57,333 nucleotides of DNA from Eubacteriales bacterium (GTDB taxonomy: Bacteria > Bacillota > Clostridia > Oscillospirales > CAG-272). The stretch is from positions 1-57,333 of the forward strand of contig JAZQUS010000039.1 of the NCBI GenBank assembly GCA_045631445.1, given 5' to 3'. The notes beneath the pieces were generated by a model. The model did not search any database, was not told the origin of the DNA, and was given only the letters and a program-made list of their open reading frames with translations. Made by a program: the position numbers and the translations under genes. Positions 20,066 through 28,414 of this stretch are shown in pieces (position 1 is the stretch's first letter; every line of letters starts with the position of its first letter).

Positions 20066-20809
20066 TTATTTTTTTATAGATATTGTAAATTTGCAATCAG
20101 GATAATGGCAACAAGCCCAATACTCACCGTATCTTCCTCTTTTTTTAATCAAATTCCCCTTGCATTTTGGACAAATATTATTATTCACATAATAATCGTT
20201 ATCAAATTTCTTTTGTTTAATATTTTCAACGTGTTTCCAACGGGATATAGTATCACTTATATTGTTATTTAACAATGTTTCATATATTGATTTCATTTCA
20301 TACGGACTTAGTGTGTATTCACTATACACATTCATTCTACTATTAAGTTCCCAAGGAGAACAAACATAACTTGATTTTATGTATTCTACATTTCCTCTAA
20401 TAAACACCACCAATGAATTAATCGCCACATATTCAGGAAAGAACTGCTTTATAACACAAACATGCTTATAATTTTGCCTAACAGGACTATAAATAGGATG
20501 TTTGACCTTGCCGTAGTTCAAAACCTGTGTCCATTGCTTTTGGTAATCATCACCATAAATTCTTCCTTTGTAATTTTTTGTTTCAATTACATATATTCCT
20601 GATGAATTAATAACAATATGGTCAATTTGAGTTGTATTATCACCATCGGTTCGCAACAATAAATCATGAATAACATATTTTTCTTGTCCATGTGCTTCTG
20701 ATGTTTCACCGATTATTAACTTAATAATAAATTCTCCAATCATCCCTTTAAATGTTGGTGTTTTAACAAATATAAATACAACAATAGCTAATATCAATAA
20801 TATTCCCAT
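20066..20809 (-). CDS. NERD-domain protein with N-terminal TM segment and C-terminal topoisomerase-type C4 zinc ribbon
   Basis: KGMIGE, TQIDHIVI..GIYVIETKNYKG, SPVRQN; CPKCKGNL...GEYWACCHYPDCKFT. Confidence 0.85.
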   Translation of the reverse strand: MGILLILAIVVFIFVKTPTFKGMIGEFIIKLIIGETSEAHGQEKYVIHDLLLRTDGDNTTQIDHIVINSSGIYVIETKNYKGRIYGDDYQKQWTQVLNYGKVKHPIYSPVRQNYKHVCVIKQFFPEYVAINSLVVFIRGNVEYIKSSYVCSPWELNSRMNVYSEYTLSPYEMKSIYETLLNNNISDTISRWKHVENIKQKKFDNDYYVNNNICPKCKGNLIKKRGRYGEYWACCHYPDCKFTISIKK

Positions 20810-21077
20810 AAACTCCCCTTGCAAAAATTTAATAGCTTATATATTTTAACACACTCTTTATACATTGGCAACCCTTTTCTTATTTCTAGCAATACAATTC
20901 ATCAAATTCCCATTTGAGTGGGTTTTCGTAGATGTATTTTGATATTTCTTCAAAATCGCGTTTGTTACGGATTACGTGGTCGTAATAATACCGTTGCCAA
21001 ATATTTTTGCCAATTTCCTTGTTGCAAAATCGTTTGAAGGTTGATACAAACGCAGGCACTACGGAATGTTGCTTAAC

Positions 21078-21105
21078 CGTAGGGGTCGGCGTCCTCGACG
21101 ACCCG
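21078..21105 (+). repeat. GTAG-tagged REP-like palindrome, copy 1 (inside RAYT CDS)
   Basis: CGTAG-GGGTCG-GCGTCCTCGA-CGACCC-G. Confidence 0.8.
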
Positions 21106-21242
21106 TCCTCGCGCACAAACAAAATCATGTGTATGTGATCGGGCATAATCACATATTGTTCAACAGATATATTTTCATAAAAATTATTTAATTGGTTGAT
21201 ATATTTGTCCGCAATTTTTCCATATGCCGTCAATTCAACACG

Positions 21243-21270
21243 CGGGTCGTCGGGGACGTCGACCCCTACG
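21243..21270 (-). repeat. GTAG-tagged REP-like palindrome, copy 2 (inverted, inside RAYT CDS)
   Basis: Reverse complement CGTAG-GGGTCG-ACGTCCCCGA-CGACCC-G; 26/28 identical to copy 1. Confidence 0.8.
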
Positions 21271-21408
21271 ATTTTGGATAATATTCTTCTACGCTTATCC
21301 GTACAAATCGTTATGAAATACGCCCCTGGCTCGGAATAATCGTAATTCTTTAATCTTATTTCTTTTCTCTTCGACAAATTTTCACTCATTTTTGTCACCA
21401 CCAAATAC

Positions 21409-21437
21409 ATTATATCACAAAATCCGCAGATAGACAA
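21409..21437 (-). promoter_or_regulatory. Sigma-A-type promoter of RAYT
   Basis: TTGTCT-17 bp-TATAAT with extended -10 TG; overlaps the glgB terminator. Confidence 0.6.
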
Positions 21438-21451
21438 GTCCATCTGCGGAT
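21422..21451 (-). terminator. Intrinsic terminator of glgB
   Basis: ATCCGCAGAT...ATCTGCGGAT stem followed by TTTT on the minus strand. Confidence 0.7.
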
Positions 21452-21457
21452 AAAATA

Positions 21458-23437
21458 TTATTTCTTAACAACTCTTCTAAGACAAACTGCCGTTCTTGCG
21501 GGAAGATAAATTTGGAACTGACGGTTTTCATTCGTCGAATAAACCTGTGTTTCACTGAGTCTATCCCAACCACCAAACTCATTGCGGTCAGTTGAAAATA
21601 CAACCTTATATTCACCGTTGAACTTGGGCTTGAGATAATATCCCCAATAATGATTTGTGGGGTGGAAATTAACAACGTAAATAAGTCCGTTTCTCTCAAA
21701 CATCATAACCTTATTGTCATCGTCAATCTGCAACCAATGGGGTTCTTTCTCAAATATGCGATATTCCTTTGCAAGCTTAACCATTTCCCTGTCAAATGCC
21801 TGAAGCTGACTGTATTTCAAATCAGGATTATCGGCAATGCTCCACTGACGGCGACAATAGAAATGTGACCAACCGTTGCCCTCTCGCGGGAAGTCAATCC
21901 ATTCTGGATGACCGAATTCGTTACCCATAAAGTTGAGATAACCCTCACCGCCAAGAGCATTCGTAACAAGACGAATCAACTTATGAAGAGCCATACCTCT
22001 TTCAACAACCATATCGTTTGACCACTTGCCCATATCAGTATACATCTTTGCATCGCAAAGACGGAACATAAGTGTTTTGTCACCAACAAGCGCTTGGTCA
22101 TGTGACTCTGCATATCCGATATACTTTTCTTGTGGACGTCGACCTGTAAGCTCGCACCAAATGTGCCACATGCTCCAATCCTCGTCGCGAACGTCCCTAA
22201 CAAGTCTTATCCACATATCAGGTGAGCCCATAGCAAGACGGTAATCAAAACCAATACCGCCATCCGCAATCGGCAAACACATACCCGGCATAGCGGACAT
22301 ATCCTCTGCAATAGTAATCGCGTTAGGATTAACCTCATAAATGAGTTCAGTCGCAAGCTGAAGATAAGTAACCGCCTCAGTATCAGTATTAAGTGAGAAA
22401 TATTTAGAATAATCAGTAAATGCAGTACCAAGACCGTGATCGTGATAAAGCATTGAAGTCACACCGTCAAAGCGGAAGCCGTCAAAACGGTATTCTTCCA
22501 TCCAGAATTTAAGATTTGAAAGAAGGAAGTGAATAACCTCTGGCTTGCCGTAATTGAAAAGTTTTGTTCCCCAAGCAGGATGATTACCCTTGTCTCCTGC
22601 ATGGAAATACTGCGTAACAGTACCGTCAAACTCAGCAATTCCCTCTGCAGTATTGCTAACCGCGTGAGAGTGCACAACGTCAAGTAGCACGGCAATCCCC
22701 ATTTTATGAGCAGTATCAATAAGACGCTTCAAATCATTGCATTTACCAAATTTAGATGAAGCAGCAAAGAAATTCGAAACCTGATAACCAAATGATCCAT
22801 AATAAGGATGCTCCATAATAGCCATAATTTGAATGGTATTATAACCCGCAGCCTTTATTCGAGGCAAAATATTGTCGGTAAACTCGTTATAAGTACCAAC
22901 CCCTTCTCTTTCCTGCGCCATACCGATATGAGTTTCATATATAAAGAGCTTTTTCTGAGGTTTGAAATTATTTTTCTGCCAAACATACTCGGGCTCGTCC
23001 ACAATAGCACCCGACCAAGTATAATTATATGGATCCTGAAGCACTCTCTTACAGTAAGAAGGAATTCTCTCAAGATAGCTATCCCAATGCTTAACAATTG
23101 TTTTAACGCGGCAATCATCCCAAAGTGTCCTCTGGTCGTGGATAAAGATTTCAAAAATACCGTTGCCAAGATTGTTAAGTCTATGTGACCATCTATTCCA
23201 ACCATTGAAGTCACCCATAAGATAAACTTCGTGCGCAGCGGGTGCCCACTCGCGATAGTACCAACCGTTTTCTACCTTATGGAAACCAAAATAGTGATGA
23301 CCGTTTGCAAAATCAATGAGTTTACCATTGTCACCAACAAGAAGTCTTTTCATGTTGTAATAGTTGTTCATTCTGAGTTGAATGTCTGACTCAAATGATT
23401 TGAGCGCGGGGTCGTATTCAAAAATCTTGTAGCTCAT
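21458..23437 (-). CDS. glgB: 1,4-alpha-glucan branching enzyme (GH13)
   Basis: Start reassigned to MSYKIFEYD (ATG 23437, RBS GGAGG); REWAP, FGYQVSNFFA, LDVVHSH, GFRFDGVTSM, AEDMS, YAESHDQ, FMGNEFGHPEW. Confidence 0.92.
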   Translation of the reverse strand: MSYKIFEYDPALKSFESDIQLRMNNYYNMKRLLVGDNGKLIDFANGHHYFGFHKVENGWYYREWAPAAHEVYLMGDFNGWNRWSHRLNNLGNGIFEIFIHDQRTLWDDCRVKTIVKHWDSYLERIPSYCKRVLQDPYNYTWSGAIVDEPEYVWQKNNFKPQKKLFIYETHIGMAQEREGVGTYNEFTDNILPRIKAAGYNTIQIMAIMEHPYYGSFGYQVSNFFAASSKFGKCNDLKRLIDTAHKMGIAVLLDVVHSHAVSNTAEGIAEFDGTVTQYFHAGDKGNHPAWGTKLFNYGKPEVIHFLLSNLKFWMEEYRFDGFRFDGVTSMLYHDHGLGTAFTDYSKYFSLNTDTEAVTYLQLATELIYEVNPNAITIAEDMSAMPGMCLPIADGGIGFDYRLAMGSPDMWIRLVRDVRDEDWSMWHIWCELTGRRPQEKYIGYAESHDQALVGDKTLMFRLCDAKMYTDMGKWSNDMVVERGMALHKLIRLVTNALGGEGYLNFMGNEFGHPEWIDFPREGNGWSHFYCRRQWSIADNPDLKYSQLQAFDREMVKLAKEYRIFEKEPHWLQIDDDNKVMMFERNGLIYVVNFHPTNHYWGYYLKPKFNGEYKVVFSTDRNEFGGWDRLSETQVYSTNENRQFQIYLPARTAVCLRRVVKK

Positions 23438-23534
23438 AATTACCTCCAAGGTTATTAATAAATATATTATATACCTAATTAACACCAAAGTCAAGAGAAA
23501 AAAGGCGATAATCAGTCGATTACCGCCTAAAAAA

Positions 23535-25421
23535 TTATTGTTTTTGGAGTTGTTCCTTCTGGTATTGAAGCATATAAAGATCATAATATCTTCCGCGCTT
23601 TGCCAAAAGCTCAAAATGATTGCCCTGCTCAATAATCTCACCGTGAGAAAGCACGATGATGTTATCCGCGTGCTGAATTGTGGACAAACGGTGTGCAACG
23701 ATGAGCATAGTACCAATATTCATCATCTTTTCAAGTGAATCTTGAATAAGAAGCTCAGTTTCGGTATCGATATTCGCAGTTGCCTCATCAAGAATCATTA
23801 CACTCGGCTTATGGATAATCGTTCTTGCAAACGAAAGAAGCTGACGCTGACCCGCAGAGAAGTTGTTACCTCTCTCTCTTACCTCTTCATCAAGACCATC
23901 CTTGAGTTTATCAATGAAGTGGTCAGCATTAACGTACTTGCAAGCTGCCATAATTTCCTCATCAGTGAAGCTTTCCTCACGAAGTACAATATTGGAACGA
24001 ATTGTTCCTGAGAAAAGGAAAACGTCCTGAAGCATCTGTCCAAAGTGACGGCGAAGTGAGGAAATCTTTATATCCTTAATATCAATTCCGTCAATAAGAA
24101 TTTGACCCCTTTGAATATCGTAATTACGACAAATAAGTGACAAAATTGTTGTCTTACCCGATCCCGTAGAGCCTACAAATGCAACGGTATCCTTTGCTTT
24201 AATCTTAAAGGAAACATCCTTGAGTACCCATTCTTCATCCTCATAAGCAAACCACACGTTTTTGAACTCAATATTACCCTCAATACGCTCAAGCTCAATA
24301 GCACCTTCACTGTCAACGATTTCCGGCTTCATATCCATAATCGTAAAAATCTTTTCCGCAGAAGCAAAAGCAGATTGAAGTCTATTAAACTGATCCGCAA
24401 GATTTTGAATAGGATCAAAGAAGGTTTGAATATACATATAGAACGAAACAAGCACGTCCGCGGTAATTACCAATCCCATAAATCCAACATTGTTAATGTA
24501 TCCCTTTGCAGAGAAATAAAACAAACAAAGAACGCTCGAAATATAGAGCATATAAATAATTGGGCGGAATACACTAAACACAAAAATCTGGTCGCGCATT
24601 GCCTTGCCGAGCTTGTTGTTTTTAGCAACAAATTCCCTTTTCTTTCTCTGTTCCTGATTGAAAATTTGGATAATTTTGATACCGGAAAGATTTTCAGAAA
24701 GGAACGTATTGATATCCGTTGTACCATCCTTAACTCGTCTGAAGGCTCTTCTTGAAAACTTACGGAAAATAAGTGTAAAGAAGAAAATAAACGGAACAAA
24801 GCAAAGCACCATAAGTGTCAATGCATAGTTAAGTATGAACATCGCAATAATTATCGCAACAACAAGGAAAATATTCTTAACAAGGTTGGTCAAAATCTGC
24901 GTAAACATCATAGAAATCGCATTGGTATCATTTGTAACACGGGTTACGAGCTTACCAACGGGCATATGATTGAGCTGCGCGTGAGAAAGTCCTTCAATAT
25001 GCGTGAAAACGTCCTCACGAAGCGCAGAAAGAATCTTTTGACCGATTTTCTGCAAAAGTATCGCCTGAATATATTGGAACACAAGCGATGTTATAAGAAT
25101 AACTGCATAAAGCGCAATATAGAGAAGCAACTTGCTCATTTCGAATTCAGTACTCAAAAAGTCAATAATGAATCCCATAAGAAGCGGAGAAACTACGCTA
25201 TATGCTATAGAAAAGACCATAAGAAGACCAACGACAATAAACTGTCCAATATGTGGCTTTCCGTAATGAAGCAAACGCTTCAAAATTTCGGAATCCTTCA
25301 TATTTCTATCAAAGCCAATTTCTTCTTTTTTGTTTTTAATGGTCATATAGGCGATGGTGAAAATCACACTAAATAATCCAACCACACCACCAACGAACAA
25401 AAGAGGATAGTATTCGTACAT
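23535..25421 (-). CDS. ABC exporter, fused permease/ATPase (heterodimer subunit B)
   Basis: TM domain plus GSTGSGKT, FSAGQRQL, LDEATANID. Confidence 0.9.
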   Translation of the reverse strand: MYEYYPLLFVGGVVGLFSVIFTIAYMTIKNKKEEIGFDRNMKDSEILKRLLHYGKPHIGQFIVVGLLMVFSIAYSVVSPLLMGFIIDFLSTEFEMSKLLLYIALYAVILITSLVFQYIQAILLQKIGQKILSALREDVFTHIEGLSHAQLNHMPVGKLVTRVTNDTNAISMMFTQILTNLVKNIFLVVAIIIAMFILNYALTLMVLCFVPFIFFFTLIFRKFSRRAFRRVKDGTTDINTFLSENLSGIKIIQIFNQEQRKKREFVAKNNKLGKAMRDQIFVFSVFRPIIYMLYISSVLCLFYFSAKGYINNVGFMGLVITADVLVSFYMYIQTFFDPIQNLADQFNRLQSAFASAEKIFTIMDMKPEIVDSEGAIELERIEGNIEFKNVWFAYEDEEWVLKDVSFKIKAKDTVAFVGSTGSGKTTILSLICRNYDIQRGQILIDGIDIKDIKISSLRRHFGQMLQDVFLFSGTIRSNIVLREESFTDEEIMAACKYVNADHFIDKLKDGLDEEVRERGNNFSAGQRQLLSFARTIIHKPSVMILDEATANIDTETELLIQDSLEKMMNIGTMLIVAHRLSTIQHADNIIVLSHGEIIEQGNHFELLAKRGRYYDLYMLQYQKEQLQKQ

Positions 25422-25424
25422 ATC

Positions 25425-27197
25425 TTATACCCCCTTCTCTTCTTCGAGCTTTTGAAGTTCAACCATAACCTTATAGTCAGGACATCTTTCAATAAGCTCG
25501 TTATGTGTACCAACGTCTTTGATTTTTCCGTCATCAACGAAAATAATCTTGTCCATTTTTTCAACTGTAGAAATACGGTGAGCAATCAAAATTGTTGTTC
25601 TTCCGCGTCTGTTTTCGCGAAGATTGTCAATAATAACCTTTTCGGTTTTTGTATCAACCGCACTAACGGAGTCATCAAGAATAAGAATTGATGCTTCCTT
25701 CATAAGAGCGCGAGCAATAGAAATTCTCTGCTTTTGTCCACCCGAAACGGTAACCCCGCGCTCACCGAGAACGGTTGCATACTTTGACGGAAATTCACTA
25801 ATATTTTCGTGTACATCAGAAAGCTTTGCAGCTCTAACAACCTCATCTGAGGTTGAAGCATCACGAGAAAATGCAATATTGTTCTCTATCGTGTCACTAA
25901 ACAAGAAGTTATCCTGAGGAACGTACGCGCAAAATTCACGAAGTGTCTTAATTGGTATTGTGTTAACGTCCTTATCATCAATAAACAAAGTACCATCAGG
26001 AACGTTGTAAACTCTTAAAATAAGATCAACTAGTGTTGTCTTACCCGAGCCCGTTTTACCAATAATACCGACGTTCTCACCTGCATTAATCTTGAAATTA
26101 ATATTTTCAAGAACATTGTAATCACCGTCAGGGTAAGCAAAATCAAGATTTCTAAATTCAATATCACCCTTGAGATGTTCAACATTTTCAACCGAAGTGC
26201 CATCAACAACATCGGGCTTCGCATCAAGAAGCTCAGAAATTCTCTTAAGAGATGCTTTTCCTCGGCTCGTCATATCAATAAGCATTGAAAGAGCCATGAC
26301 TGGCCAAACTATTGAGGTGAAATATCCATAGAACTCAATAAGCTCTCCAACTTGGAAATCCCCTTTGTAAACAAGATATCCGCCGTATCCTAAAATCACA
26401 CAAATAACCGAGTTGACAAAAAATGTTACGGATATATGCAAGAGAGTTGAAATTTTGGTAAATTCTATATTTACTTTTTCATTCTCTTTATTAAGCTTTT
26501 TAAATGCCCAAAGCTCCTTAAATTCCTTAACAAAAGCTTTGATTACTGCAATGCCAGAGAAGTTTTCCTGTGAAAAATCAGAAAGTTGAGAGAATTTTTC
26601 TTGTCTTTCTTCCCATTTTTTAGTCATATACTTACCAACAAACGTTCCCACAGCAAAAAGCAAAATCATCGGAATAAAAGCAAGTACGGTAAGCATTGGG
26701 TCCAGTCTTTGCATCTTATAAATCGCAAGTCCTGTAAGTGCCAAAGCATCAACAAGCATAAGTGTTCCATCACCGAAGCACTCATTTATTGTACTCAAGT
26801 CGTTCGTAAAGAGCGACATCATATTACCAACCTTATTAACCTGATAATACTGCTGTGAAAGGTCCTTGCAATGGTCGAACATTCTCTCTCTAAGGTCTGT
26901 TTCAACCTTAATAGCAGTTCCAAACATGCAAATTCTCCACAAAAATCTACCAATTGCCATAACGATTATAGTAACTATCATCGGTGCACAAATCTTGTCA
27001 AGCAAAAAATCAAGATCAAACGCAAGCTCTTGTCCGTCAACTACTACAACACCATCGTTAAGTCCTGTAACAACATAATTGTAAAACTCAGGTACCTTAA
27101 GTTGGAAATAGTCAACGGCAACAAGTGCAATCACACCCAAGAGCAATGCAAAAAAGTGCTTTAAATAATACTTATTAACGTGCTTTCCAAATACCAT
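25425..27197 (-). CDS. ABC exporter, fused permease/ATPase (heterodimer subunit A, degenerate site)
   Basis: GKTGSGKT, VSGGQKQR, degenerate Walker B LDDSVSAVD. Confidence 0.9.
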   Translation of the reverse strand: MVFGKHVNKYYLKHFFALLLGVIALVAVDYFQLKVPEFYNYVVTGLNDGVVVVDGQELAFDLDFLLDKICAPMIVTIIVMAIGRFLWRICMFGTAIKVETDLRERMFDHCKDLSQQYYQVNKVGNMMSLFTNDLSTINECFGDGTLMLVDALALTGLAIYKMQRLDPMLTVLAFIPMILLFAVGTFVGKYMTKKWEERQEKFSQLSDFSQENFSGIAVIKAFVKEFKELWAFKKLNKENEKVNIEFTKISTLLHISVTFFVNSVICVILGYGGYLVYKGDFQVGELIEFYGYFTSIVWPVMALSMLIDMTSRGKASLKRISELLDAKPDVVDGTSVENVEHLKGDIEFRNLDFAYPDGDYNVLENINFKINAGENVGIIGKTGSGKTTLVDLILRVYNVPDGTLFIDDKDVNTIPIKTLREFCAYVPQDNFLFSDTIENNIAFSRDASTSDEVVRAAKLSDVHENISEFPSKYATVLGERGVTVSGGQKQRISIARALMKEASILILDDSVSAVDTKTEKVIIDNLRENRRGRTTILIAHRISTVEKMDKIIFVDDGKIKDVGTHNELIERCPDYKVMVELQKLEEEKGV

Positions 27198-27413
27198 GGC
27201 AATACCTCCTTCATCAAAAAAATCTAAATTTTATTATATCACAAATATTATAATTGTGCAATAACAAAAAACAAAAAAAACAATAAAACAAAACAAAATT
27301 CAAGGTTTGTTCATAAAATCCTTAACAATTATTGTTAAAATACTATAAATTCCCCTTGTTATTTGTATTCGTTTGTGATAAAATGATTATCAAGATAAAT
27401 TAAGGAGAAAAAT

Positions 27414-28364
27414 ATGTTAATCCCAACTATTATTTCAGGCATTATATTTTTAGTTTTAGGCATTGTTTCACTTGCATCATATATCTGCTTTTCAATGGTA
27501 TTTAAAACCCCAAAAAGAAAAATATTAAAAGAGGGAGAATACGACCTCCCTCCCGGTGAAATTTATGAACCCTTTTATCCCCAAATGAAAATATGGACAG
27601 ACGATATCCGTTCAAGAAAAAGAGAGCTTTGTGAAGTAAAATCCTTTGACGGACTCACCTTGCGCGGTTACTATTATGAATATTCCTCCGACTCCCCCCT
27701 CGAGCTTATTTTTCACGGCTATACGGGAAATGCAGAGCGCGACCTCTCGGGTGGAGTTGAGCGTTGCGCAGCTTTGGGCAGAAGCTGTATTCTAATCGAT
27801 CATCGCGGTTCAGGAATGAGCGAAGGTAAGGTTTGCTCATTTGGAATCAACGAACGTCGCGACTGCCTTTCTTGGATAGAATTCGCAAGAAAAAAATTTT
27901 GTGAAAGCCGCCCTATAATCATTGGCGGAATTTCAATGGGCGCGGCGACCGTTATGATGGCGTCTGGGGAGAATTTACCCGAAAACGTGGTCTGCGTAAT
28001 GGCGGATTGCGGATATTCCTCTCAAAAGGAAATTATCTGCAAGGTGGTTAAGGAAATGAAATTACCTGTAAAACTTATTTACCCATTTATAAAACTCGGT
28101 GCAAAGCTTTATGGTAATTTCGACCTTGAAGAAACAACACCTATAGAAGCGGTTGCAAAATCCAAAACACCAATAGTTTTTATTCACGGTGATAACGACG
28201 ATTTTGTTCCCCATTCAATGAGTCTTGCGTGCTTTAATGCATGTTCATCTCCCAAGAAAATGGTAACAATCGAAGGCGCAGGTCACGGACTTGCCTTCCC
28301 TCAAAATCAACAAAAATACATTGAATCTTTAAGAGAATTTCAATACGAAGCAAACTTATTCTAA
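27414..28364 (+). CDS. Alpha/beta hydrolase with N-terminal membrane anchor
   Basis: FHGY, GISMG nucleophile elbow, HGDNDDFVP, GAGHG. Confidence 0.88.
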   Translation: MLIPTIISGIIFLVLGIVSLASYICFSMVFKTPKRKILKEGEYDLPPGEIYEPFYPQMKIWTDDIRSRKRELCEVKSFDGLTLRGYYYEYSSDSPLELIFHGYTGNAERDLSGGVERCAALGRSCILIDHRGSGMSEGKVCSFGINERRDCLSWIEFARKKFCESRPIIIGGISMGAATVMMASGENLPENVVCVMADCGYSSQKEIICKVVKEMKLPVKLIYPFIKLGAKLYGNFDLEETTPIEAVAKSKTPIVFIHGDNDDFVPHSMSLACFNACSSPKKMVTIEGAGHGLAFPQNQQKYIESLREFQYEANLF

Positions 28365-28372
28365 TAAATAGT

Positions 28373-28401
28373 AAGGGAGAATTCCAAGTGAATTCTCCCT
28401 T
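28373..28401. terminator. Bidirectional intrinsic terminator
   Basis: AAGGGAGAATTC-CAAGT-GAATTCTCCCTT. Confidence 0.8.
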
Positions 28402-28414
28402 TGTTTTTATCGCT

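Larger units (their letters stand above)
20886..21389 (-). mobile_element. REP-associated tyrosine transposase (RAYT; IS200/IS605 Y1 HUH family)
   Basis: RKEIRLKNYDYS, YFITICT, HUH motif MPDHIH, WQRYYYDHVIR, catalytic YIYENP; no tnpB nearby. Confidence 0.85.

Noticed and set aside
20903-20917. CAAATTCCCATTTGA resembling the element terminal core
   Set aside because: Lies in RAYT coding sequence (KWEF) with none of the other element blocks nearby; likely chance.
20886-21389. Complete IS200/IS605 element or OMEGA (TnpB/IscB) system
   Set aside because: No tnpB or iscB, no clear subterminal IS hairpins; motifs fit a RAYT-type Y1 enzyme.
23438-23716. N-terminal extension of glgB in the ORF track
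   Set aside because: Crosses the upstream ABC gene end, a hairpin and a TTGACT-17-TATAAT promoter; RBS supports ATG 23437.
27255-27300. AAAAC-rich run between divergent ABC and hydrolase genes
   Set aside because: Low-complexity A-tract with no consistent unit; at most a UP element or DNA bend.
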